From a virus (taxonomy: Duplodnaviria; Caudoviricetes): a stretch of 64,000 nucleotides of DNA. The stretch spans positions 317,281 through 381,280 of the IMG/VR virus record IMGVR_UViG_3300014204_013734, one strand, 5' to 3'. Shown piece after piece: positions 9,994 to 19,745 of this stretch. The first letter of the stretch is position 1. Every line of letters begins with the position of its first letter. The position numbers were made by a program, and so were the translations under genes. The notes under the pieces are model-generated. The model worked only from the letters and a program-made list of their open reading frames with translations, was not told the DNA's origin and searched no databases.

Positions 9994-10662
9994 ATGAAGA
10001 CTACCAAAACCGGTCCTGAAATCCCGTCTGGAGCCCCGGACACAAATCCCTTTGGCGGGAAGAACCCTATTGGGCTTTACGTCCCCATGTCCGATGACGA
10101 ACAGGAAGTCCTGTTTCGGCTCGTTTCCGAAGAAAACATTGTCCTGATCATCCACGGTTGGGGACGACTTGACCGTCCGCGGGTGCAATTCGGCGACCAT
10201 CGGGTCAGGATTGACTTCCGTTTGGATTTCAAGGCTCCAGAAAAGCCTATGGAAGTCCGATTCTTTGACTTGGAGCTCAAGACCCGGATTGAAGACTTTT
10301 CCCTTTTCAAGAAACGGATGGCGGTTTCCGCCAACGGGAATCCGATAATTGTCCAGGCAGGGATGTTCCTTGAAATGTCATGGGATATCGCAATTGACCA
10401 CATGGAACCGGCCCTCGTCAAGGCATTGAAGCCAGGGGCATTCGGGTTTACTTCTCGGCGCCTTGACAAGGACACGGGAGCCCGCACCTTAAGGGGAAAC
10501 ATGAAAGTCAGTCCCCAACAGGATTGGATGCTCCGAATTCTGGAACAAGGGGCTTCCAAAGTTCAAACCGCCGACGCTAAACAGGTGTTTGAAGCTACCA
10601 AAGCGTCCGGGGCGGAAATCAAAGAAGTCAATGGCAAGCTTATCACCCCCGACCTGAATTGA
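9994..10662 (+). CDS. hypothetical protein
   Basis: 222-aa ORF in operon. Confidence 0.65.
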   Translation: MKTTKTGPEIPSGAPDTNPFGGKNPIGLYVPMSDDEQEVLFRLVSEENIVLIIHGWGRLDRPRVQFGDHRVRIDFRLDFKAPEKPMEVRFFDLELKTRIEDFSLFKKRMAVSANGNPIIVQAGMFLEMSWDIAIDHMEPALVKALKPGAFGFTSRRLDKDTGARTLRGNMKVSPQQDWMLRILEQGASKVQTADAKQVFEATKASGAEIKEVNGKLITPDLN

Positions 10663-10696
10663 ATTTTACAAGACACTTTGTCGGGAGGAAACCGGC

Positions 10697-11116
10697 ATGC
10701 TTCTGAATGCAAACATGAAACGGAGACGGTTGGCAGCGACAGTTGCCAAAGTGGCGGCTATTTGGGGGGAACGGTTGAACGTTCATGATCCCGAATTCAA
10801 CCTTCGGGAAATCGCCAAACAGCTTGCCCTGTTGGAAGAACACTTGTTTCATCCCGGCAAATTGTGCCCCGATTGCGTCAGGAAGCACCTTTTGACCGTT
10901 GAAGCTTTGGCTGACGAAACCGTGTCCCTCGTGGAAGATGCTGATTCCGGTCTGCATTTCCGTGAACTTGGACGGGAACTGTCCGAACAAGCCAAACAAT
11001 GGGTTGAACGGTTCAACAGCGGTGAACCTGTGGAAGGCATCGGAGAAGAAGTTCGGAAAGCCCGAAAAGGTTTGGTGAAGCAGGTTCCTGACCCAAGGCG
11101 GGAAATCCCAGAATGA
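10697..11116 (+). CDS. helical CxxC protein with KVAAIW N-terminal motif
   Basis: GGAGG RBS; LLEEHL...CPDCVRKH. Confidence 0.65.
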   Translation: MLLNANMKRRRLAATVAKVAAIWGERLNVHDPEFNLREIAKQLALLEEHLFHPGKLCPDCVRKHLLTVEALADETVSLVEDADSGLHFRELGRELSEQAKQWVERFNSGEPVEGIGEEVRKARKGLVKQVPDPRREIPE

Positions 11117-11187
11117 CCAAACGTGAACGTAAGGACTAATACATTCAGTCCAGTTCAGCGGCATTTGAAAAACGTGAAGAGGAAACC

Positions 11188-11454
11188 ATGACATCTTTGA
11201 AAAAGGGCTGCAAACAGCTTTTAAGCCGCATTGATACGGAATTGGCTGAAATTCAATTCACAAAAGACAACCTTGACGAATACGTAGAAATAGACGTGGA
11301 TTATTTCAAGGAAATTTGTGACCCGTTGGATGATTTTGAAGTAAAGGCCGTCACTACCTATTTGCGCACAGAAAAGCTGAAAACCCTTGACCAAGCGAAG
11401 GACCGTTTTGAGTCCCTTAGGGACGTGATTACGGACGCTTTGGCTGAGGACTGA
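11188..11454 (+). CDS. hypothetical protein
   Basis: GAGG RBS. Confidence 0.6.
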   Translation: MTSLKKGCKQLLSRIDTELAEIQFTKDNLDEYVEIDVDYFKEICDPLDDFEVKAVTTYLRTEKLKTLDQAKDRFESLRDVITDALAED

Positions 11455-11458
11455 AAAG

Positions 11459-12049
11459 ATGTCCGAACATTCAGGACGGTTAGAAGTCGTGGTTGGCCCT
11501 ATGTTCAGCGGGAAAACGGAAACGTTGATCCACCGCTTGAAACGAGCCGCTTTGGCAAACCATCCTCTTTTAACGTTCAAGCCTTCCTTTGACAATCGGT
11601 GGAACGCCCCTGAAGAAATCAGAACGCATTCCAGGGAAAGCTTCCCTGCTACCCCGGTCCCAGCAGATAACCCTGAATCCATCCTGGGGTTGTTGAAGGA
11701 CGGTATTGCCGTTATTGGCATTGACGAAGTTCAATTCTTTTCCCCAGGCATCGTCGGGGTTTGTGACAAACTTGTCAAGGATGGTTTCCGGGTAATCGTT
11801 TCGGGTTTGGATATGGACTATGCCGGGTGTCCGTTTGGATCGGTTCCCGAATTGATGGCAACCGCCGAAAAAGTTGACAAGCTCACGGCGGTTTGTACGA
11901 TTTGCGGGGAACCTGCTACCAGGACACAACGGTTGGTCGTGTCCACGAATCTGATAGACATCGGGGCGGACGACAAGTACACCGCCCGATGCCGAAAACA
12001 CTGGAACATACCGGAGGAACCTGATGTCCGACGAAAAGAAACCTCTTGA
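11459..12049 (+). CDS. tdk: thymidine kinase (TK1 type)
   Basis: GPMFSGKT, IDEVQFF, GLDMDY, KLTAVCTICG, YTARCRKH. Confidence 0.95.
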   Translation: MSEHSGRLEVVVGPMFSGKTETLIHRLKRAALANHPLLTFKPSFDNRWNAPEEIRTHSRESFPATPVPADNPESILGLLKDGIAVIGIDEVQFFSPGIVGVCDKLVKDGFRVIVSGLDMDYAGCPFGSVPELMATAEKVDKLTAVCTICGEPATRTQRLVVSTNLIDIGADDKYTARCRKHWNIPEEPDVRRKETS

Positions 12050-12962
12050 ACTTTGCTACATCTGCACTCCTTATCGGGGCGCCGACGAACTTGAAATAGA
12101 ACAAAACATCCTTGATGCCAGGAAGCTGGCCATCAAAACGGTCAAGGAAACCGGCTGGTTTCCCATTAGCCCGGTTCTGAACACCGCTTTCTTTCACCAC
12201 TACGAAGGAAACGTCCTACCGACCGGAATGATTGAATTCTGGCTTGAAGGCACCTTTGCGCTTTTGGAACACTGCAATTGCCTCGTTGTGTCTGATGACA
12301 TGCGGTGGACCCGGTCAACAGGATGTTTGAACGAACTGAAACGGGCCATTGCTTTAGCCCGTGAAGGCAAGATGAAGATTCGGGTCGGATCCGACATGAT
12401 TGCTGACCTGAACGCCTTTGAAAAGGCGGTAGACGAAAAACGGGAAGGATCCCCGTTCAACAAAAGGACAGCTCCCGCATCTGGCGCCGTCCTTCGGGAA
12501 ATCCCGTCCAAACCATGGGCCCAAGACGAATCGTGGTTGGACCAATTAGCTATAGAAATTGCTGTCAAGGCACATGCCGGGCAAATTGACAAGTGCGGGC
12601 AACCTTACATCTTCCATCCCATAGCCGTTGCTGCAACGTTCAGGACTACTCTGGAACGTGTTGTGGCCATCTTGCATGACGTAGTGGAAGACACGGATGT
12701 CACCCAAGCCATGATTACCCATACGTTTCCTGCCCTTGTTTCCGATGCTGTGGACGCAATCACGCACCGGAAAGGGGAACCCCATGAGGATTACCTGAAG
12801 CGGTGCGTGGCCAACCCGACCGCCAAGGCTGTCAAGTTGGCTGATGTTATCCACAATATGGGTCGTTTGCCTGAATTGGCGGATGAAACAGAAAGAGAAC
12901 GACTTAGGGAAAAATACCGGAAATCCTTGAGTTTTCTTGCCGGTGCCAGCGTGGTAGAGTAA
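12024..12962 (+). CDS. fusion of NDT/DUF4406-like domain and Mesh1/SpoT-type HD hydrolase
   Basis: N-term YICTPYRG..QNI..AR, PISPVLN, STGCLNE; C-term AHAGQIDKCGQPYIFHP, LHDVVEDT, VKLADVIHN. Confidence 0.8.
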   Translation: MSDEKKPLELCYICTPYRGADELEIEQNILDARKLAIKTVKETGWFPISPVLNTAFFHHYEGNVLPTGMIEFWLEGTFALLEHCNCLVVSDDMRWTRSTGCLNELKRAIALAREGKMKIRVGSDMIADLNAFEKAVDEKREGSPFNKRTAPASGAVLREIPSKPWAQDESWLDQLAIEIAVKAHAGQIDKCGQPYIFHPIAVAATFRTTLERVVAILHDVVEDTDVTQAMITHTFPALVSDAVDAITHRKGEPHEDYLKRCVANPTAKAVKLADVIHNMGRLPELADETERERLREKYRKSLSFLAGASVVE

Positions 12963-13603
12963 TGAAGCGTGGCAAATTTATTGTCCTTGAAGGGATAGAC
13001 GGTTCCGGGAAGACTTCCCAAATGAAGTTGCTTGTTGGCCGTCTGAAAGCTACAGGGCGGCAAGTCGTAAGCACGGCAGAACCTTCAACGGGTCCGATTG
13101 GGGCGTTACTTCGGTTAGCTTTGTCCAAGCGAATCGTCCGACCGAACAAAGTCAGTGGTTCCGTACCCTTGACTTCCGATACGTTAGCTTTGTTGTTCAC
13201 GGCCGACCGGATGGACCATTTGGCATCATTCATTGATCCTGCCCTTGCCGAAGGGAAGGATGTAGTCTGTGACAGGTATGCTTTGGGCACGTTGGCTTAC
13301 CAATCATGGTCTGATGAGGACCAGGGATGGATCAAGGGACTCAACTTACGTGCCCAGCACCCAGACATGACCATCTTTCTATCGCTTCCCGTGGAAATGG
13401 CCTTGAAGAGAATATCCGGACGGGGAAATCTGGATATATTTGAAAATCAGGAAGTTTTGGAACGGGTCGTCTTGAACTTCCGAACCGCCCTATCCGATGC
13501 TATGGCGGACGGGCAGGAAATAGCGGTCGTGAATGGAACCGATCCTGTGGAAACGGTTGCTGACAACGTTTGGTGGAATGTTGAGAGGATTCTCCAACCA
13601 TGA
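12962..13603 (+). CDS. tmk: thymidylate kinase
   Basis: FIVLEGIDGSGKTSQ, EP, LFTADRMDH, CDRY, AYQ. Confidence 0.95.
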   Translation: MKRGKFIVLEGIDGSGKTSQMKLLVGRLKATGRQVVSTAEPSTGPIGALLRLALSKRIVRPNKVSGSVPLTSDTLALLFTADRMDHLASFIDPALAEGKDVVCDRYALGTLAYQSWSDEDQGWIKGLNLRAQHPDMTIFLSLPVEMALKRISGRGNLDIFENQEVLERVVLNFRTALSDAMADGQEIAVVNGTDPVETVADNVWWNVERILQP

Positions 13604-14802
13604 AAGTTGAAACCGTTTTTGCGCCCGTCGGCGATGACCCCCCGAAGGCAACCCTTCTTTATGGGGCTGATGTCAGGGATACCTTAAAAACGATCCCTGA
13701 CAAGTCCGTACAGGTTATTTGTACTTCGCCCCCTTACTGGGGTCTCCGTGATTACGGGGTTCAGCCAACGATCTGGGGTGGGGACGAAAAATGTGACCAC
13801 GATTGGGAAGAAACGTTTTGCCGTAAGTGTGGTGCTTGGATGGGAACCTTGGGTCAGGAACCACATCCCAAGGACTTTGCCGCCCATGTCGTGGAAATCA
13901 TGGAAGAAGCCCGCCGAGTCCTTCGAGATGATGGCACACTTTGGCTTAACCTTGGTGATACCTATGCGGCGAACAAATCCTGTCAAGTTCCTTCTACCAA
14001 ATGGGGGGCTGCGGCCCCGCAACTTGCCGGAAAAATGTCCGTTCCAGAAGGATTCAAACCAAAGGATCTTGTCGGTGTTCCTTGGAGGGTTGCCTTTGCC
14101 CTTCAGGACAAGGGTTGGTGGTTAAGATCTGATATCATTTGGTCAAAACCAAATGGGCTCCCGGAATCGGTCACGGATCGTCCGACTAAAGCCCACGAAT
14201 ACGTTTTTCTGTTCACAAAAAAACCGCATTATTTTTACGATCCGGAAGCCATTCGGGAACGCCAAAACGATTCATCCGGGCACAGCCGTCGATCAGTTTG
14301 GCCTGTTTTAACACAACCTTTTGAAGGGGCACACTTCGCTACATGGCCACCCGACCTCGTTCGTTTGATGGTGAAGGCCGGGTCAAGTGAAAAAGGATGC
14401 TGCCCGACATGCGGGGCTCCGTGGAAACGGGTTGTAAGGAGAGGTGAAGAACCTGAATTCCGGTATTTGAATACCAAGGCAGAACGTGACGCAAACCAAG
14501 TGCCCAACCAACCTGTTAAAAAGAGACTGCCACAAAAAATCAAGACACGAAACACCTTGGGATGGGAACCTACTTGCAACTGCCCAGCAGCAGATCCTGT
14601 CCGTTGTGCCGTTATGGACATCTTTTCAGGGTCTGGAACCACCGGGATGGTAGCACTTCAAGAAAACCGAAATTACATAGGGATTGACCTAAACGAACAG
14701 TACTTGGAAATGGCGAAGGCACGAATCACAGGGGAACGTGCACCTTCTAAATCTTCTGACCAAAGCAACGGTGTTCTGGACCTGTTTTCGGAAAAACCAT
14801 GA
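13600..14802 (+). CDS. N4/N6 DNA methyltransferase (beta class) with Cys-rich insertions
   Basis: TSPPYW, IIWSKPN..PESVTDRPT, HFATWP, DIFSGSGTT. Confidence 0.92.
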   Translation: MKVETVFAPVGDDPPKATLLYGADVRDTLKTIPDKSVQVICTSPPYWGLRDYGVQPTIWGGDEKCDHDWEETFCRKCGAWMGTLGQEPHPKDFAAHVVEIMEEARRVLRDDGTLWLNLGDTYAANKSCQVPSTKWGAAAPQLAGKMSVPEGFKPKDLVGVPWRVAFALQDKGWWLRSDIIWSKPNGLPESVTDRPTKAHEYVFLFTKKPHYFYDPEAIRERQNDSSGHSRRSVWPVLTQPFEGAHFATWPPDLVRLMVKAGSSEKGCCPTCGAPWKRVVRRGEEPEFRYLNTKAERDANQVPNQPVKKRLPQKIKTRNTLGWEPTCNCPAADPVRCAVMDIFSGSGTTGMVALQENRNYIGIDLNEQYLEMAKARITGERAPSKSSDQSNGVLDLFSEKP

Positions 14803-15866
14803 CCCCCAAAGTGGTTTCCCTCTTCAGCGGGGCCGGGGGCATGGACCTTGGGTTCATCCAAGCAGGGTTCAATATCGTTTGGGCTATTGATCAAGACAAA
14901 ACAGCCTGTGCTACCTACCGAAACAACATCGGACCTCACATTGTTCAAGGGGACATCCGGGACATTGACGCTTCAACCATCCCCGATTGCGACTTAATCA
15001 TTGGAGGGCCTCCTTGCCAAGGATTCAGTCCTTCAGGAAAGATGGACCCCAAAGACCCCCGATCACGCCTATTGTGGGAATTCTTCCGAATTGTAACCGC
15101 TAAGCACCCCCGTTGGTTCGTGATGGAAAATGTCCCGAATCTCGGCAAGAGCCCGAAATTCAGCATCTTATTGGATAACCTGCTTTCTGCTTTTCAGGAA
15201 GCAGGTTGGAACACCCGCTTTCAAATCCTGAATGCTTCCCAGCACGGAGTCCCACAAGCCAGGGAACGATTCTTTTTGATCGGTACTTTGGATGATCCGG
15301 GGAAGATTTCTTTCCCCGAACCGGAAAACAGCTTCATTTCTGTTCGGGAAGCCCTTCGGGGATTGCCCCCACCCGGCCAAGGCATCAACCAACCTGTTGA
15401 TCCGGCAGTCATCAAAGTGGCTAAAAACCCCCAAATAGAAAAAACTCCTTATATGGGGTTGATTTTCAATGGTAGGTGTGGCCGCCCCCTTGATCCTGAC
15501 CGTCCTTCCGGAACCGTATTGGCGGAAGGCCAAGTTCCTATTGTGGATCAAAAATTGATTGACGACCCGACGGCTGAAAGTTGGATCGTCAAGCTTCATG
15601 CCTCCTTGTCCGTTGGTAAAGGTATCCCTGGGGAAATCCCTTCGGAAATCAGACGCGTGACTTTTCGGGAATTGGCCAGGCTTCAGGGATTTCCCGACAA
15701 TTTCAAATTTTCCGGCCCTAGGACCGAACAACAAAGGCAAATCGGTAATTCAGTTCCCCCACCGTTGGCCAAGAAAATTGCGGAAAGCATATTGGCAGGT
15801 ATGTCAGGGCCTGCCAAAACCCATAAAAAAGGTTTGTTTGGAGTCCTTTCCGAAGAGAATCCATAA
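14799..15866 (+). CDS. dcm: DNA cytosine-C5 methyltransferase
   Basis: LFSGAGG, GGPPCQGFS, ENV, QARER, RLQGFPD, QIGNSVPP. Confidence 0.95.
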   Translation: MTPKVVSLFSGAGGMDLGFIQAGFNIVWAIDQDKTACATYRNNIGPHIVQGDIRDIDASTIPDCDLIIGGPPCQGFSPSGKMDPKDPRSRLLWEFFRIVTAKHPRWFVMENVPNLGKSPKFSILLDNLLSAFQEAGWNTRFQILNASQHGVPQARERFFLIGTLDDPGKISFPEPENSFISVREALRGLPPPGQGINQPVDPAVIKVAKNPQIEKTPYMGLIFNGRCGRPLDPDRPSGTVLAEGQVPIVDQKLIDDPTAESWIVKLHASLSVGKGIPGEIPSEIRRVTFRELARLQGFPDNFKFSGPRTEQQRQIGNSVPPPLAKKIAESILAGMSGPAKTHKKGLFGVLSEENP

Positions 15867-16312
15867 CAAAAACAAATTCTTACAAAAACCCCCTGAAACC
15901 ACGGGTTTTCCGACCTTTTTGTTTGGGCTTGTTTTCATGCAATGCACATCCAAAAAGGGGATTTGGGGTGAGTTAGGGATAACGGCCGGAAGATGGGGAA
16001 AGGCACTTTTCCGCATGTTTTTTGGGTAAAACAGAAGTTCTCTGCGGAGTAGTTGTAGGGTATAGGGAAAATCCGTATGCAGGGAAAATCTCTAAACTTG
16101 GCTAGGCTGATTTCCGGGCTGTTTTTGGCCTTTTGGGGAGGAAATCTGTCAAACTTTGACGACCAACGTGTTGAAAGGATTTAGGTTTTTTCAAACCCCC
16201 GTTAAACCCTGGGGTTTCTTTAGGGTTTAGTTAAAAGTGGGGTTTTAGGGTAGAGTTTGGGGTAGAGTTTGGGGGATTGGTTCCAAAAAATTTCCACAAA
16301 GAGAGGTAAAAC
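15867..16312. other. 446-bp non-coding region with short direct and inverted repeats
   Basis: GGGTAGAGTTTG x2 tandem (16248, 16260), AGGGAAAATC x2, GTCAAAcTTTGAC palindrome, G/T-skewed. Confidence 0.55.
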
Positions 16313-17476
16313 ATGATTATCGTCAGACCCCCCAACGGTGTTCCCCCAACGACTTTTTCTAGTTCCCTCTTTCTGGCCGGTCCTTCCCCGAGAACGGCAG
16401 GTGTTCCGGATTGGCGCCAGGAAGCCCTCACTATCTTGGCGGAATTGGGGTGGGATGGGGTTGTGTTCGTTCCGTTGCCGGAGACCATCACGGATACTGT
16501 AAATTACGACAACCAAGTGGAATGGGAACAAAAGATGATGGGGATGTCCGATATGATCGTCTTTTGGATTCCTCGTGACCTTGAAAAACTGCCTGGATTC
16601 ACGACGAATGTGGAATTTGGGATGTGGATGAAATCCGGCAAAGTTGTCTTGGGGTTCCCTCCAAAAGCACCCAAAATGCGTTACTTGGAAACATTGGGGG
16701 GATGGGAAGGAATGCCGGTTTTCAATACTTTGGCAGATACCTTGTTTAACGCTGTCTATTCCGTTGGGTTAGGGGCGGAACGGATAGGCGGTGAACGGGA
16801 AGTGCCTTTGCAGATTTGGAACCTGCCTGCATTCCAAGGATGGTTGACGGCACAGAAAAAGGCCGGAAATAGACTTGACGGGGCGAAAACCATCATGACT
16901 TTTCGTCCTAACAAGAAACGTTTGTTTTTGTTCGCCTTACATGTTGATGTGTTCGTGGAATCTGAAAACAGGAGCAAAAACAATGAGATTGTGATTTTCA
17001 GGCCAGACATTTCTACCATCGTTGCCTGGTCCAAACCCGTGTCTGGAATGTCCGTTTTGGATATCAAAGTTGTGATCGTCAAGGAATTCAGGTCGCCGGC
17101 ATCCGTAGGGGATTGTTTCATTCGGGAAGTCCCAGGAGGTTCGTCAATCAAAACCGGGGAAGAACCGACAGTTGTAGCGGCGCATGAATTGGAAGAGGAA
17201 ACCGGTTTGGCCATTGATGCGAACAGACTCGTCCCCATAGGGTCTAGGCAGGTAGCTGGGACTTTGGCAGCCCATCGGGCGCATGCTTATGCCGTGGAAC
17301 TGGACTCCGGGGAAATGGATGCGTTGGCGGCGGACATGTCAGTTCATGGTGTAGAAGAAGACACGGAACGTACCTTCGTTGAAGTTAGGACGGTACGGGA
17401 ACTTCTCCAGGAACCTTTGACTGATTGGGCCAACTTGGGGATGATTTTCGCCGCAGTTCGTGGTTTCGCGCATTGA
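16313..17476 (+). CDS. nucleoside 2-deoxyribosyltransferase-like + NUDIX hydrolase fusion
   Basis: LFLAGP..WRQEA..QVEWE..FWIPR..TTNVEFG; Nudix box GG-x5-E-x7-HELEEETG. Confidence 0.85.
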   Translation: MIIVRPPNGVPPTTFSSSLFLAGPSPRTAGVPDWRQEALTILAELGWDGVVFVPLPETITDTVNYDNQVEWEQKMMGMSDMIVFWIPRDLEKLPGFTTNVEFGMWMKSGKVVLGFPPKAPKMRYLETLGGWEGMPVFNTLADTLFNAVYSVGLGAERIGGEREVPLQIWNLPAFQGWLTAQKKAGNRLDGAKTIMTFRPNKKRLFLFALHVDVFVESENRSKNNEIVIFRPDISTIVAWSKPVSGMSVLDIKVVIVKEFRSPASVGDCFIREVPGGSSIKTGEEPTVVAAHELEEETGLAIDANRLVPIGSRQVAGTLAAHRAHAYAVELDSGEMDALAADMSVHGVEEDTERTFVEVRTVRELLQEPLTDWANLGMIFAAVRGFAH

Positions 17477-17489
17477 AAGAAAAAGAAAC

Positions 17490-17518
17490 CGGCTTGGAAT
17501 GAAGAGGTTATGGGTAGT
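17490..17518 (+). promoter_or_regulatory. CGGCTTGGAA-N13-GGTAGT motif (copy 1)
   Basis: intergenic; motif recurs six times upstream of genes. Confidence 0.75.
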
Positions 17519-17557
17519 CCTTTTGTGGATAGGATGTTTTTACGAAAGGACTACCAC

Positions 17558-17767
17558 ATGACGGATTGTATGGGCACGGCTGAAAAAATTGAAAAACAAT
17601 CCCTTCCGACGGATTTTCCTTCGTCTTCTCAGGAGGATTGGGAACTGGGACTTCGGTCCCTGATTGAAGTAGGGGATGGTTGGAAGCTTCCGGGGTGGTT
17701 CAGTCACCGGCTTCCACATTTAATGGACGCTGGGATCGTGAGGATCCTTCGGGATAAACTGGCATAA
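17558..17767 (+). CDS. hypothetical protein
   Basis: AAAGGA RBS, downstream of motif. Confidence 0.5.
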   Translation: MTDCMGTAEKIEKQSLPTDFPSSSQEDWELGLRSLIEVGDGWKLPGWFSHRLPHLMDAGIVRILRDKLA

Positions 17768-18213
17768 TGAACACCCGCCAACGTCTAGACGATTGGGACT
17801 GGCGTGCCCTCAAGGACAAAATCCGAGGGGGAGAACCAGAAGGCACTTCAGGGTTTGAACGTCGTTTGCGCCGGATCAAGGAACGAGAAGGTCCGAGTGA
17901 AATGGACAAGGTCCGTTGGGTACACGCATATGCTGCGGAACTTGCCCAACACCTTGGCGTCCCGTTAGTTCTGCTACCTGTGGTCTTACCTCATATCCCT
18001 GAAAACGTAAGTTTTCCGATCCTTGCCGTGGACAAAACGTTATGCCGGGGTTGCTGGGGAAACCCAATCAAATTCCGGCTGCTTTCTGGCCCCGGACCGG
18101 ATGATGTCTTGTTTGAGACCGAAAAGATGACCAAACACTTGTCAGTTCCAGAAAAAGTTCCGTTTGATCAGGCAACCATCATTGCCATGAGACAGGCCCT
18201 TAAACATGAATAA
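17767..18213 (+). CDS. hypothetical protein
   Basis: TAATG coupling. Confidence 0.6.
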   Translation: MNTRQRLDDWDWRALKDKIRGGEPEGTSGFERRLRRIKEREGPSEMDKVRWVHAYAAELAQHLGVPLVLLPVVLPHIPENVSFPILAVDKTLCRGCWGNPIKFRLLSGPGPDDVLFETEKMTKHLSVPEKVPFDQATIIAMRQALKHE

Positions 18214-19108
18214 GCCAGGATTCTTGACTACCCTTGCCATTGGAGACGCCTTCGGGGCGTGTTTTGAAGGTCTTCCTGCCAGGAACGACGATGCCGCCCC
18301 CATCAAATTGGAAGGGTATCCCAAGAACCCCCGATGGAAAACCCTTGGGGGCGGTCGGTACACAGACGATGCACAAATGAGTTTGGGGTTGGCCGAATTC
18401 CTGATTGCGACCCCCGACTTAAAGACGGCGACCCCTGTCTCCCTTGCCAACTACTTTGTCAAAGCTTATCAGCGGGACCCCAGGGGCGGGTACATGCCCG
18501 GTTTCAGGAGTTTGTTGGAATCCTGTGCTGACGGTTCCGATTTTCTTGCTCGTATCCGTCCCCACAGTGACAAATCCGGCGCCGCCATGAGGGCGGGTGT
18601 CTGTGGGTTCTTTTCGGACCGGAACGATGTGGTTGACCTTGCCATGTGGCAAGCATCCCTAACCCATGCAACATTGCCGGGGATGGTTTCCGCGGCTGTG
18701 TCGGCTCTCATGGTCTGGTATTGTCGGGAAGGGGTGGACCCGGTTGATATTCCTGCGGAAATTGACGGTATGTTCCCTGGTTTCGGGTTGAATGAACCTT
18801 GGGAAGGGTTTGTCCCAAACTTGGGTATCCCGGTCGTCAGAGCAGCCCTGACCGCTTTATGTGCCGGAACACAATCGGACATTTTATCCGCCGCCGTGGG
18901 GTTCGGTGGGGATGTGGACACGGTTGCCGCCGTTGTCATGGGCCCTGCCGCCATGCACCCGGACATCGTTTCTGATCTCCCCGCCGCCCTGATTGACGGG
19001 TTGGAAAACGGGCCTTTTGGGCTGGATTTCCTCAAGGCTTTGGACGAAAAGTTGTTGGCCCGGTTCGGCATTGGCCATGATGACTTGGTTGTCGGATCTC
19101 AGCAATGA
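18206..19108 (+). CDS. ADP-ribosylglycohydrolase (DraG/ARH family)
   Basis: AIGDAFG, YTDD, GAAMR, TH, GGDVDT. Confidence 0.9.
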   Translation: MNKPGFLTTLAIGDAFGACFEGLPARNDDAAPIKLEGYPKNPRWKTLGGGRYTDDAQMSLGLAEFLIATPDLKTATPVSLANYFVKAYQRDPRGGYMPGFRSLLESCADGSDFLARIRPHSDKSGAAMRAGVCGFFSDRNDVVDLAMWQASLTHATLPGMVSAAVSALMVWYCREGVDPVDIPAEIDGMFPGFGLNEPWEGFVPNLGIPVVRAALTALCAGTQSDILSAAVGFGGDVDTVAAVVMGPAAMHPDIVSDLPAALIDGLENGPFGLDFLKALDEKLLARFGIGHDDLVVGSQQ

Positions 19109-19117
19109 CAGACCGCT

Positions 19118-19390
19118 ATGTTTACGCCCTTGGTAGGGGATGCTTGGAAGGGGGTCACGCTCCAAAAAGTGTTTACCTCAAAAAAGGAAGCTGCTCGCGA
19201 ACTTAGGGACCGACTTAGCTTAAGCTGGTCAAGAAATCGCATTGTTCTTCCTAACCCTATCGGTTGTCGTGTGATACGGATGAAAATTTCCCGGCACTAT
19301 TCCATCCCTGGAATGAACAAGGCCATAACGTCTGGAAACAACTTGCTTTCACACGAAGAATTTTCTCGGTTCCGCGGAAAGGTGTTGTAA
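19118..19390 (+). CDS. hypothetical protein
   Basis: operon position. Confidence 0.5.
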   Translation: MFTPLVGDAWKGVTLQKVFTSKKEAARELRDRLSLSWSRNRIVLPNPIGCRVIRMKISRHYSIPGMNKAITSGNNLLSHEEFSRFRGKVL

Positions 19391-19391
19391 G

Positions 19392-19420
19392 CGGCTTGGA
19401 AACCGTTTCGTTCCGGTAGT
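19392..19420 (+). promoter_or_regulatory. CGGCTTGGAA-N13-GGTAGT motif (copy 2)
   Basis: exact motif, intergenic. Confidence 0.75.
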
Positions 19421-19444
19421 CAGGGGGTGAAAGGAAGGTGTACC

Positions 19445-19651
19445 ATGCGCAATGACACTATCACGATCCAGACGAAAAATCCGAACGACCCTGACGGGAC
19501 GGTTTGTGCCCTGGTCGTGGACAGCGACCAGGAAGCCATCCAGCGGTGGTGTCTCACCGGCAAGGATGCCATGATCCTGATGCAGGCCCTCATGGCGTGT
19601 TTGTCGGGAACGGCACCGACCGTCAACGAAGTTGAAGTGACCGTCTTTTAA
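19445..19651 (+). CDS. hypothetical protein
   Basis: AAGGAAGG RBS, downstream of motif. Confidence 0.6.
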   Translation: MRNDTITIQTKNPNDPDGTVCALVVDSDQEAIQRWCLTGKDAMILMQALMACLSGTAPTVNEVEVTVF

Positions 19652-19745
19652 GGCGCATGCCTGGGCAGTCCAGTACCTTTCTCAGTTGAATTCCTGATCG
19701 TTTTCGTTGATTGCTTTATAGCCCTCCCGATGGTGGAGGTGCTAA

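Noticed and set aside
13600-15866. Restriction-modification system
   Set aside because: No endonuclease identifiable; orphan methyltransferases are routine in phages
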